Assembly: GCA_964421635.1 (NCBI GenBank)
Contig: CAYQWZ010000004.1
Coordinates: 15,652 to 79,651 of the forward strand
Reading direction: 5' to 3'
DNA: 64,000 bases
Source: an uncultured Candidatus Saccharibacteria bacterium
GTDB taxonomy: Bacteria; Patescibacteriota; UBA1384; CAILIB01; JAUSJZ01
The notes under the pieces are model-generated. The model saw only the letters and a list, made by a program, of their open reading frames with translations, had not been told where the DNA came from and did not search any database. The position numbers and the translations under genes are program-made. Shown piece after piece: positions 38,281 to 47,309 of this stretch; the first letter of the stretch is position 1, and each line of letters starts with the position of its first letter.

Positions 38281-38665
38281 GGGGCCGAATAAATTAGACG
38301 TTAAATTACGTTTCGCAAATTGCATGTCGCAGCAATGAGTTTATCTGCGTTATTAAATGAACTTCCTTTAAAGACACGGAAATAGTCTTATTAGCAAGAT
38401 CAAGCAGGCTTTTAGTCCGCTAGCTCTTGCGCCAGTAGTCGCCTAATTGACTACCGTTCCCTTACCAATATCACACTTGGTGAGACCAGAGCGTCATATT
38501 GTGTGATCATCAATTTGCTCGCACCGTCACTTTGATGATTTTTGGTGCAACAGTCTATAGTGTTTAGCTGTCCTTATACCTATAGACTTAAAAAAGGGCA
38601 GAGAGCATGGTCAGTTTAGGAATGTTATTTATCGGACGCGGGTGAGACCCCCGCCGGCTCCACCA
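38281..38665 (+). ncRNA. ssrA: tmRNA
   Basis: GGGGCCG...CGGCTCCACCA tRNA-Ala-like ends (G3-U70); internal tag ORF 38378-38446 GNSLISKIKQAFSPLALAPVVA*; smpB nearby. Confidence 0.93.
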
Positions 38666-38678
38666 AAAAAGAATGTAA

Positions 38679-38709
38679 AAAAAATAGAATCCCTGTGGGT
38701 TCTTTTTTT
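38679..38709 (+). terminator. Terminator after tmRNA
   Basis: agaatcc ctgt gggttct followed by a T-run. Confidence 0.65.
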
Positions 38710-38710
38710 G

Positions 38711-38739
38711 TTGACTAATTCTTAATCATTATGTAATGT
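38711..38739 (+). promoter_or_regulatory. Sigma70-type promoter of second GC-rich unit
   Basis: TTGACT-17-TAATGT, same -10 as at 12154. Confidence 0.7.
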
Positions 38740-38745
38740 AATCGT

Positions 38746-39200
38746 ATAGACGCGCTTACCCTCAAGGCCTTACTAGGTCGAGATACCACTCTGCTAACCT
38801 GTCCACAGGCTTGCAAAGCTCTCTGGACAACCAATCATCGGCACGATGAAACAAAAGCAAGAGACCGTCTCCAACCAGTAATCGTCGAGAGGCAACTAAC
38901 CAGCTGCGTGAGGAATCACAGATCATGAGGAGCCTCCTTCAGCTCGGCCATCCGATGGGCTTGTAGCCACTACATGTGCCCTATGCCAAAAGTGCATCTG
39001 AGGTGGTAACAAGGCCGTTTCGCCAGTCCAAAGGCGCAATTCTGTTTGATCGACTCCGGTCGACAACAGGGAAGTTCGCTCGCAAGAGTATGCCACCCGC
39101 GCTGCGGGTCTGGACACGCGATTCCGCCGCACCATCAAAGGTGTAGGCTACAACTAGCGACAACTTGTTGGCCCCGCCGTCAGGCGGGGTCTTTTCTTTT
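38746..39200 (+). ncRNA. Second candidate structured RNA or micro-ORF transcript
   Basis: GC-rich, multiple hairpins with GCAA loops, long-range ttgtagcc/ggctacaa pairing, strong terminator. Confidence 0.55.
39170..39200 (+). terminator. Intrinsic terminator
   Basis: ggccccgcc gtca ggcggggtc ttttctttt. Confidence 0.85.
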
Positions 39201-39208
39201 ACATACAT

Positions 39209-40159
39209 TTATTGCACAAAATTCCAAACAAGCTTTTCAATGGCCCAAGAATATTCACACTTGCCCGACTTGATTTGCTCATCTAGAAAATTGCTCAACT
39301 GTAAATTCTCTAACAAAAAACTTTCCGAAAAATTATTTACATAAGGAGTCATCTTTCTCACTACATAAGGATTTACCCCGCTCGTTTGATTGTATTTTAT
39401 TTGAATCAAAGTTCTAATTAGCCAATTCAGCGCTCCCATAAAGCTAGCCGCCTCTTCATAATTAACATTGCGAGCTAGAAGCATTGGCATTAGTCTTCTT
39501 AAAGCAGTTTTGGAATTTTTCGCTAACAGACTGTCAGTGACTGCAAAGTTATCCATCTCAAACCTTTTTGGAATATAGGTTAAAACATCTTCTGGTTGAA
39601 CTTCGTTTTCACAAACGCAAGCCAAAATATTTAAATAATTAGCCACTGACCACATTGATAATCCGTTAACTCTTTCAAATATTAAATCGACTGTTGAATC
39701 GTCAATGTTAAGTTCTTCTTTTTGTAAGAAATTTTTAATCCAATCTTTTAATTCAAAATTCTGCACCGCACGAGACTCGTGATATTTGATTAACTTATCT
39801 TTATATTTATTGAGCAGCTTATATATTTTCATTCTTTTATCTGGTTTCTCCCGATTCCAAAATAGAATAAAGGTACCCTCGGCCGAAACATCTTCAATAG
39901 CAGTTTTTATAAGATCAATTACTGGCTCATCAACAATACTAAAAACATGCTTAATGATAATTAACTTCTCTTCTGAGAATAAATTGCGCACTGTAATTGC
40001 TTCTTCAAGCTCTTTTTTTATACTATCTTTTTGCTGTTCACAATCTATTACCACCACCGACGAGCTAGAATATTTTTTAATAAAACGCGCCTTCACGGCC
40101 TCAAGACTTTTTAAGGATGTATAATTGTCTTCACCAAAAAATAAATGATTTTTATACAT
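39209..40159 (-). CDS. holA: DNA polymerase III delta subunit
   Basis: LFFGED, NLFSEEKLIIIK, PDKRMK, C-terminal DEQIKSG. Confidence 0.85.
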   Translation of the reverse strand: MYKNHLFFGEDNYTSLKSLEAVKARFIKKYSSSSVVVIDCEQQKDSIKKELEEAITVRNLFSEEKLIIIKHVFSIVDEPVIDLIKTAIEDVSAEGTFILFWNREKPDKRMKIYKLLNKYKDKLIKYHESRAVQNFELKDWIKNFLQKEELNIDDSTVDLIFERVNGLSMWSVANYLNILACVCENEVQPEDVLTYIPKRFEMDNFAVTDSLLAKNSKTALRRLMPMLLARNVNYEEAASFMGALNWLIRTLIQIKYNQTSGVNPYVVRKMTPYVNNFSESFLLENLQLSNFLDEQIKSGKCEYSWAIEKLVWNFVQ

Positions 40160-40793
40160 GATTTTTCTTGTTATGAAAACAAAGCTCGTTAGATTTAATT
40201 TTAACTCTGCTGCCCGGAATAAAAGCGTTTGAGTCTGACATAATTTTTTTGGTCTGCCAGTTTTTTAAAATTGATTCTAGCTTGTCTCCTAAAAATCCGG
40301 CCATCATTAATTCGCCAAAACCTCTTAGTATGGTTGTTAATCCTTTAGTCGTTCGCTTATTTTGAAAGTGTTTTAATTTATATTTTGTTTTATTCATCCA
40401 GCGGTTTTGCTGCAGATATTTTTCATAAGTATTGTTTATTGACACTAGTGGCAACAAACACGAAAACACCCGAGCATGATAATTGTTGTTAGGAGTAATT
40501 TGTAAAGCATCAACGGTGGCGAATCTATTTAGACAAACTCTTCCCCGAATTTTTTGGCCATAGCGACGCCAACCACTCAGATGAACAATAATTGTGGCAA
40601 TAGTGCGTGTAATGTACAGTCTGTTTGCATCCGTCACAATGTAAAAGTCTATATCTGAATTTTTGTTCATTCTGTTTGTCATCATTGATCCGTTCAAACC
40701 AACCATTCTAATAAACGGAGTAAATTTGAGCCAATGCGAAATTGTCACTGCCCTTTTAAATCTGGTCTGCCAAAGCTTATTTGATTGCCCCAT
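40152..40793 (-). CDS. Nucleotidyltransferase-fold hypothetical protein
   Basis: PFIRMVGLNGS...SDIDFYIV motif, CLNRF. Confidence 0.65.
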   Translation of the reverse strand: MGQSNKLWQTRFKRAVTISHWLKFTPFIRMVGLNGSMMTNRMNKNSDIDFYIVTDANRLYITRTIATIIVHLSGWRRYGQKIRGRVCLNRFATVDALQITPNNNYHARVFSCLLPLVSINNTYEKYLQQNRWMNKTKYKLKHFQNKRTTKGLTTILRGFGELMMAGFLGDKLESILKNWQTKKIMSDSNAFIPGSRVKIKSNELCFHNKKNHV

Positions 40794-40816
40794 TGCTATA
40801 TTAGTATAGCTAAAAT

Positions 40817-41260
40817 CTAGCTTCGGTTTTTGATAGCTCGCTCTGCCTGTCTTTTTCTATCCTTATCTTTTAGGCTTTGTCGTTTGTCTTTTTTATTCTT
40901 TCTCTGCCCCAGCCCCAGCACCAGTTTGACATAACCGCCCTTGAAAATTGTTTTTTTAGGAATTAAGGTAGCTTTCTTTTGTTCAAATTTACCAGCCAAA
41001 TTTTTTAGCTGAGATTTTGTAACTAATAGTTTTATACTGCGTTGGTTTGATCCTTCAATGTGCATTCCCAACAACCAAAGCTCCAACTTCTTTGTTTTTC
41101 TATCAACCAATGGCTTAACATGTGAGCCTGTTAAATTCGCCTTGCCTATTCTTATCGCTTTTATTTCAGCCCCTTTTAAAACCAAACCGGCAATTATCTC
41201 ATCAGAAAATTCATAATCCATAAAAGCAACTCGGTTTTTAAGTCCTGTATTCTTTTTCAA
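40817..41260 (-). CDS. smpB: SsrA-binding protein
   Basis: NR.A..DY, AGLVLKGAEIKAIR, KLL, DKRQSLK; TTG start. Confidence 0.9.
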   Translation of the reverse strand: MKKNTGLKNRVAFMDYEFSDEIIAGLVLKGAEIKAIRIGKANLTGSHVKPLVDRKTKKLELWLLGMHIEGSNQRSIKLLVTKSQLKNLAGKFEQKKATLIPKKTIFKGGYVKLVLGLGQRKNKKDKRQSLKDKDRKRQAERAIKNRS

Positions 41261-41263
41261 AAT

Positions 41264-42298
41264 CTACGAGTTAAGAGTCTTTTCAATTTGTGGCCACTGC
41301 TTCACTAATACTGCCACAATGGCCGCTATTGGAATAGCCAGCAGCGCTCCAATAACACCAAGAAGTTTTCCACCAATTAATAAAGCTACAATTACGATGA
41401 CAGGAGATAAGCCGACTGCTTTTTGCATCACTTTCGGCACCAAGAACTGCCCTTCTACTTGCTGAATAACAATCATTATCACCACTACTAGGGCTGCTTG
41501 CAACGGAGAGCCCGTCAGTAAAGCCACCAAGATTGCGGGCACGCCACCCAAAATTGGACCAATAAATGGCACCACTTCGGTTAACCCGCCCCAAACTGCT
41601 AGCGCCAAAGGAGACTCGACTTTCAAAATTACTAAACCAATATAATAAAGGATTCCGATAATAATCATTAAAAGAAGCTGTCCGCGAACCCAAGAACCCA
41701 TCTTGCTTGATATCTGATTTAATACTCGCACCAGCTCGTCCTTATATTTTGGAGGAATAACATTATCTACAAAGTCCTTTAATGCTTTCTCTTCTAAAAG
41801 TAAATAAAAAGTTAGAACCATAATTGTGAAAGCTGTGAACAGTGAACCTAAAACTCCGAGCGTAGTAGTGACAACATTAGTAGAGAAGCTAGTAATGCTG
41901 CCTGAGAACTGTTGTAATCCTGTTGATATCGCTCCAAAGAAATCTGTTCCTTGTAAGAAGTTCTCAATTGCTGGCACCGCTTTACCAACATGGTCTGGAA
42001 TGGCTTTAGCTAAATCATTGATCTGATTAACTAGCGGCTGAAACATTAAAGTTGAGGAAACTCCCAATATTAACATGATGGCAATAAATACCAGTGTTAC
42101 AGCAGCAATTCTAGGTAATCCTTTCTTTTGCATTTTTGACACTATTGGGTTTAGTGCCGCCACGAAAATAAAGACCATAAACAGAATGGCGATGATGTCT
42201 CGAATTAAGAAAAGTAAATAAAAACCAAAAAGAATGGCCAATATTCGTACAATTGACCACCAAGTTATATCTATTCTGGTTTTTTGTGTTTCGCTCAT
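41264..42298 (-). CDS. AI-2E family (PerM) transporter
   Basis: WVRGQL, VPFIGP, QQVEGQFLVPKVM, GLSP. Confidence 0.9.
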   Translation of the reverse strand: MSETQKTRIDITWWSIVRILAILFGFYLLFLIRDIIAILFMVFIFVAALNPIVSKMQKKGLPRIAAVTLVFIAIMLILGVSSTLMFQPLVNQINDLAKAIPDHVGKAVPAIENFLQGTDFFGAISTGLQQFSGSITSFSTNVVTTTLGVLGSLFTAFTIMVLTFYLLLEEKALKDFVDNVIPPKYKDELVRVLNQISSKMGSWVRGQLLLMIIIGILYYIGLVILKVESPLALAVWGGLTEVVPFIGPILGGVPAILVALLTGSPLQAALVVVIMIVIQQVEGQFLVPKVMQKAVGLSPVIVIVALLIGGKLLGVIGALLAIPIAAIVAVLVKQWPQIEKTLNS

Positions 42299-42314
42299 CT
42301 ATCTAAATATAGCC

Positions 42315-42974
42315 TTACTGTTGAATACTCTCAACTGTTTTTGCATATTTGAAGTTTTTCACTGGTCCGGCAGGAAGTAATAACTGCTCTTGTTCACTTA
42401 ATTCAAAATCTAGCGCTCCTGACGATGCTTCGACTTGATCAATAACCCCTCCCCGTCTAGTTAAAGATGTCGATAAAGCAGCCGGACCACCAATAGCCTC
42501 AATAATATAAGGACCTTGTAATTCGGCTCCCCAAACAGAATACTGATTAGTAATTCTAATATTATTTAGCGAAATTGCTTCAGCTCCAATATTCTTTAGA
42601 GCGTTAAGCACATCTATTAATTGCGGAATGCTCATCTCATTATTAATTGTTAGCTTAATGCCCGGACCTTCAACCGCTTTATTACCAGCTAATATTTCAG
42701 CCTTCTCTTGCTTACTTTGAATAGACTCCTCCGCCTTCGATTTATTATTTAAAACTTGAGCCAAGTTGTATTCTTCATTAGATAAATCGGCCAACTCTTT
42801 TCGCAGCTCCGAATTAGCATTAGTCAATCTGGCAACTTCAACCGCAATTACCTCCTGTACTTCAGGATTTTGTGCTCGCTCTAAACTTGATTTTGTATTC
42901 ATCTGCCAAACGGTCAAAATACCCAACACCAAAGTCAGTAAAAAGAACTCCCATTTAATTTCTTTGTTATTCAT
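42315..42974 (-). CDS. DUF881 family protein
   Basis: AG..VEGPGI, NALKNIGAEAISLN, PYIIEAIG. Confidence 0.85.
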   Translation of the reverse strand: MNNKEIKWEFFLLTLVLGILTVWQMNTKSSLERAQNPEVQEVIAVEVARLTNANSELRKELADLSNEEYNLAQVLNNKSKAEESIQSKQEKAEILAGNKAVEGPGIKLTINNEMSIPQLIDVLNALKNIGAEAISLNNIRITNQYSVWGAELQGPYIIEAIGGPAALSTSLTRRGGVIDQVEASSGALDFELSEQEQLLLPAGPVKNFKYAKTVESIQQ

Positions 42975-43708
42975 ATGGCAACTCGAGCATTAATTCCTGG
43001 CAACCGACCAGAATATGCGTCGATAAACAATTCGTTTTCTTTATTGACTTCAAATATTATGCCGTCTCCGACTACGCGACGATGCAAATCTTGCAAGATA
43101 GCAGGGTCAGTTAAAACTCGATATAAATGATTTTTGTCACCAATAGCTTGTATTTCATAAGGATTCGAAACTCTAGTCTCATTAATTAAAATAGTGTTCA
43201 CAATACAGTCTATAGCAGTCATAGAGACAACTCTCTCTCCATTTATAGAGATCGCTTCTGCCCCTGCTCTTTTGAGCAGGCTGACTATGTCTCGAATATC
43301 AGCCGCATGAGCAATTGATTGCTCCTTTAATAAGTATGATGAGCTATCATCTAAAGTCACAGCCACTCCCTCGCCCGAAACATCAGTTAGGCCAGCCAGC
43401 TCAACAACCTTGCTAGATTCACTGACAATAACTTGGTCAACTTGATTAGCAATGGCTAAATCTTTCGTTCTTAAATCTATGCTTTTTGTTATATTATTGA
43501 TTTCTGATTTCAATCTAGTCTGCTCTTCGGTCAGAGCATCACGAGTTACTGTCAATGAAGTATAAGGCTGTATAGGATTAATTACTCGCACTATTCTTGT
43601 TCTCCATTGTGAAGAAAATAAAATTCCACCAGCCACACTGACTATTACAAGCAATATTTTGGCTGGTCTTATATGAACACTAGTCAGATCAACTTTAATT
43701 TTCTTCAC
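42971..43708 (-). CDS. DUF881 family protein
   Basis: AGLTDVSGEGV.VTLDD, AGAEAISINGERV, PYEIQAIG. Confidence 0.88.
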   Translation of the reverse strand: MKKIKVDLTSVHIRPAKILLVIVSVAGGILFSSQWRTRIVRVINPIQPYTSLTVTRDALTEEQTRLKSEINNITKSIDLRTKDLAIANQVDQVIVSESSKVVELAGLTDVSGEGVAVTLDDSSSYLLKEQSIAHAADIRDIVSLLKRAGAEAISINGERVVSMTAIDCIVNTILINETRVSNPYEIQAIGDKNHLYRVLTDPAILQDLHRRVVGDGIIFEVNKENELFIDAYSGRLPGINARVAI

Positions 43709-43760
43709 CTACTATTAGGCTATCATTTTTCCTTAAACTTCACTATTATCATAAATGCAT

Positions 43761-43837
43761 GCCCTCGTAGCTCAATTGGATAGAGCAGATCCGTCCTAAG
43801 GATAAGGTTGTAGGTTCAACTCCTGCCGGGGGCACCA
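43761..43837 (+). tRNA. tRNA-Arg(CCT)
   Basis: Cloverleaf; anticodon loop GT CCT AA; CCA end. Confidence 0.92.
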
Positions 43838-43850
43838 AAAAAATTCATTT

Positions 43851-44822
43851 ATGAAAAAAGCAGCAGTGATTGGTGGAGGTTCTGGAACATCGGTGGTTGT
43901 TAGTGGTCTTAAAAATTATCCTTATGAAATTTCATCAATTATTTCGGTAGCCGATTCGGGCGGCTCTACGGGCAGGCTACGAGATGAGTTCGGGTTTCAA
44001 CCAGTTGGCGACTTGCGCCAATCTATGGCTTCTATGGCTAAAGAGAACGGCGAGCACTATATTCGCGACCTGTTATTGTACAGATTTGAAAACAACAACA
44101 GTGATCTTGTCGGCCATAATTTAGGTAATCTTATTCTGACTGCCTTGCAAGATTTATCTAGCAACACAGCCGAAGCTCTTGAAGTTGCCAAACATATTTT
44201 TCGCATTGAGGGCAATATTTATCCTGTTACTAATAAGAATGTCGAGCTAGTAGTCGAATATTCTGATGGCACAGTAAAAGTCGGCGAACACACCTTGGAC
44301 CAAAAAGCTGATCAGTATAAAAAAATAAAGATTGTTCGCCTCTCTCCACGGGCTAAAATCTATTCCAAAGCAGCCGAAGCCATTAAAGATGCCGACTTAA
44401 TTGTTATTGGACCAGGAGACTATTACGCCTCATTACATGCTGCTCTCTGCGTCGATGGGCTTAAAGGAGCCTTCAGAGAATCAAAAGCGAAAGTAGTCTA
44501 TATTATGAACCTGATGACGCGCTTCAGTCAAACTCATCAAATGAAAGCTTCTGAACACCTTGCAGGGGTAGTAAAAAGGATTGGTAAAGACTGTGACTTA
44601 ACAATTGTCAATAATGGGAAAATTCCTCAATCTATTTTAAAAGCTTACGCTAAAGATAAAGAATATCCTGTAGTAGATGATTTACCTCACAACAACACTA
44701 TTATTAGAAGAAATATCATTAGCCAAGTACCTTATAAAAAATCTAAATCAGATAAGGCTAATAGATCTTTGCTCAGGCATGACCAAAAAAAATTGGCAAA
44801 ACTGCTTGCGTCGCTAGTGTAA
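43851..44822 (+). CDS. YvcK/UPF0052 family protein
   Basis: IGGGSG, VADSGGSTGRLR, GHNLGNL, IGPG, RHD. Confidence 0.9.
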   Translation: MKKAAVIGGGSGTSVVVSGLKNYPYEISSIISVADSGGSTGRLRDEFGFQPVGDLRQSMASMAKENGEHYIRDLLLYRFENNNSDLVGHNLGNLILTALQDLSSNTAEALEVAKHIFRIEGNIYPVTNKNVELVVEYSDGTVKVGEHTLDQKADQYKKIKIVRLSPRAKIYSKAAEAIKDADLIVIGPGDYYASLHAALCVDGLKGAFRESKAKVVYIMNLMTRFSQTHQMKASEHLAGVVKRIGKDCDLTIVNNGKIPQSILKAYAKDKEYPVVDDLPHNNTIIRRNIISQVPYKKSKSDKANRSLLRHDQKKLAKLLASLV

Positions 44823-44841
44823 AACAAAAAAATAATAAGAT

Positions 44842-44876
44842 AAAAAAAGACCCCCAGATGGAGGTCTATTTTTTTT
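44842..44876. terminator. Bidirectional terminator
   Basis: A-run, agacc..ggtct stem, T-run between convergent genes. Confidence 0.65.
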
Positions 44877-44883
44877 CAAATTG

Positions 44884-45156
44884 TTATTTCACACGGGCTC
44901 GCAATGCCTTACCTGCGCGGAAGCGAGGTAGTTTCATTTGAGGGATCTGAATCTTAGCACCTGTTCGTGGGTTTACACCAGCACGAGCTTTGCGGTGTGA
45001 AAGCTCAAATGTTCCGAAGCCTGTTAGGGTAACTCTCTCACCCTTTACCAAAGCGTCTGAGATTACTTCTATTAACGAATTAGTAGCAGCAGCTACTTCA
45101 TTTCTCGATAGACCGGTATTTTTAGATACGGCCTGAATTAGAACTTGTTTGTTCAT
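44884..45156 (-). CDS. hup: HU DNA-binding protein
   Basis: LTGFGTF, GVNPRTG, PRFRAGKAL; SD aaggag upstream. Confidence 0.97.
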   Translation of the reverse strand: MNKQVLIQAVSKNTGLSRNEVAAATNSLIEVISDALVKGERVTLTGFGTFELSHRKARAGVNPRTGAKIQIPQMKLPRFRAGKALRARVK

Positions 45157-45324
45157 TTCCTCTCCTTTTACTTATTTAGTATTACTACGGCTTAATATAT
45201 CGCTCCTAGAGTAATTGGGTCAATGTATATCCTATTGGTCAGCTACTATTGTCTGTCCTATAGCAATTATACAATCTTAATTAAAAACTATATTACAGCA
45301 ATCGTCTGTCTGACTGTGGAAAAG

Positions 45325-46842
45325 TTACTCCGCAATTGCCTGAGCCTTCGTTTCTCTTATTACATTTACCTGTACTTGCCCCGGATACTGCATCTCATCT
45401 TCAATTTTTCGAGCAATCCTCTTAGCCAATTTAGCTATACCCAAGTCATCTATTTCTTTAGGATTAACTAATATGCGCACTTCCCTACCAGCAGAAATTG
45501 CATAAGCTTTATCTACTCCATCAAAACCATTGCAGATATTTTCAATCTCTTGTAGACGCTCTACATACTCTTCGTACGAACCACGGCGAGCACCGGGTCT
45601 GGCACTAGAAATTGCATCTGCTGCTCTGACAATCCAAGCCTCAATGGTTTCTGGTTCAATATCATCATGGTGAGCTAAAATTGCATGTACCACTGCATCG
45701 CTCATGCCGTATTTCTTGGCAATATCACCCGATATATGATGATGGGGAGCTTGTACATCTTTATCAATAGCTTTTCCAATATCGTGTAATAGTCCGGCTT
45801 GGCGAGCTACATTAGAGTCTGCTTTTAGTTCATCTGCTAACATGCCTGAAATTTTTGCTACTTCAACTGAATGGGCTAAAACATTCTGCCCATAAGATGT
45901 ACGAAACTTTAATTGTCCTAAAACCTTTAAGACTTCTTTTGGTAATGCTCTAACTCGCGCGTCCATGGAAGCTTGTTCCCCCGCTTTCTGTACTACCCGA
46001 CTAACTTCGTCTTGCGCCTTTTTAATAGTCTCTTCAATTCTGCCCGGATTAATGCGGCCATCCTTAATTAAATTAATTAAAGCAACTCTAGCAACTTCGC
46101 GGCGCATAGGAGAGAATGAACTAATAATTACTGCTCCTGGAGTGTCATCAATTAATAGGTCTACTCCTGAGTTCTTTTCAAAGGCCTGAACATTTCTTCC
46201 TTCTTTACCAATTAATCTGCCTTTCATCTCTTCATTAGGAATCTCCACTGTATAGACGGTTGATTCCGCTATTACATCTGATGCTAGACGCCCAATAACG
46301 GTAGCTATATGCATTTTTGCTACCTGCTCTAACTCTTCTTCTGTTTGATTATCAACAGCCTTCATTTTTCTTAGAACTTCTTCCTTGGCGTCTTTTTCTA
46401 CTGCTCCCAAAAGAACCTCTTTAGCTTCTTCCTTATTCATCTTCGAAATTTTCTGCAGCGCTTCTTCCTGCCTAACTCTCATATCTTTTAGGCTATCTTT
46501 AAGTCGTATGATTTCTTCATACTTCTTCTCAACTTCTTTTCTGGCGCCGTCTTGCTCGAGGCTGCGATCATCAAGGCTTTTTTCTCTATCTCTTAGCTTT
46601 TTCTCTAAATCTAAAACATAAGCCTGTTTTTCAGTGTATTCCTTTTTTGCTTCTTCTTTAGCCTCGGTAACTTCAGTTTCTGCAGATTTCAAAATGGCTC
46701 TTTGTCTATCTTCTGCCTGCAAAATTAGTTCTTTGGCTTTCTGTTCAGCTTTAGATTCAACATTTCTTTTGCTCTGTTTGCTTAATATAAACCCGACAAC
46801 AGCACCTACAATAAGGGCTGCCAGTACATAAATATAAATCAT
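45325..46842 (-). CDS. rny: Ribonuclease Y
   Basis: N-terminal TM, coiled coil, KH (KGRLIGKEGRN), HD (LLHDIGK), ADAISSARPGAR. Confidence 0.97.
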   Translation of the reverse strand: MIYIYVLAALIVGAVVGFILSKQSKRNVESKAEQKAKELILQAEDRQRAILKSAETEVTEAKEEAKKEYTEKQAYVLDLEKKLRDREKSLDDRSLEQDGARKEVEKKYEEIIRLKDSLKDMRVRQEEALQKISKMNKEEAKEVLLGAVEKDAKEEVLRKMKAVDNQTEEELEQVAKMHIATVIGRLASDVIAESTVYTVEIPNEEMKGRLIGKEGRNVQAFEKNSGVDLLIDDTPGAVIISSFSPMRREVARVALINLIKDGRINPGRIEETIKKAQDEVSRVVQKAGEQASMDARVRALPKEVLKVLGQLKFRTSYGQNVLAHSVEVAKISGMLADELKADSNVARQAGLLHDIGKAIDKDVQAPHHHISGDIAKKYGMSDAVVHAILAHHDDIEPETIEAWIVRAADAISSARPGARRGSYEEYVERLQEIENICNGFDGVDKAYAISAGREVRILVNPKEIDDLGIAKLAKRIARKIEDEMQYPGQVQVNVIRETKAQAIAE

Positions 46843-46965
46843 AATAATTGTGTTTTTTCATAAGTATTATCTTAGTTATCATACGCTCACATTATTAGAT
46901 AGTCAATTTTGTAAAGACTTGCACAAAGAGGCATTTTCGGGTAAAGTCTGATAGTATTTGATAGA

Positions 46966-47042
46966 CGGGGAATGGCGCAGTTGGCTAGCGCGCCTGCTTT
47001 GGGAGCAGGAGGCCCCGGGTTCGAGTCCCGGTTCCCCGACCA
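46966..47042 (+). tRNA. tRNA-Pro(TGG)
   Basis: CGGGGAA/TTCCCCG acceptor; anticodon loop TT TGG GA; CCA end. Confidence 0.95.
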
Positions 47043-47047
47043 TAATA

Positions 47048-47236
47048 GAAGCAAATTATCCTGTTCGGGAAACGGTCGTCGTTTTACTCCAGCGCCTGCC
47101 TGCCGGTAGGCAGGGTAAAACGCGATCTGCTCTCTCACCTCATCAATTCTGAACTAACGTTCAGAAACCCCTGCCTGGCGGCAGGCAGGATGTTTGATGA
47201 GGTTCCGAGGGCTTCCCTCACAGAATAATTTACTCC
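47048..47236 (-). ncRNA. Candidate structured RNA or repeat element 3' of tRNA-Pro
   Basis: 17-bp closing stem that pairs fully only on the minus strand (3 G-U); branches carry two cctgcc...ggcagg palindromes. Confidence 0.45.
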
Positions 47237-47309
47237 TTTAAATAGTCAACGAAGAATTAACTTAAAACAAAAACCCCTATTTCAAAGGGGCTTTTGTTTT
47301 TTTTATCCT

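Noticed and set aside
38923-39273. 71-75 aa ORFs over the second GC-rich unit
   Set aside because: No motifs; they cross the terminator or run antisense to the promoter.
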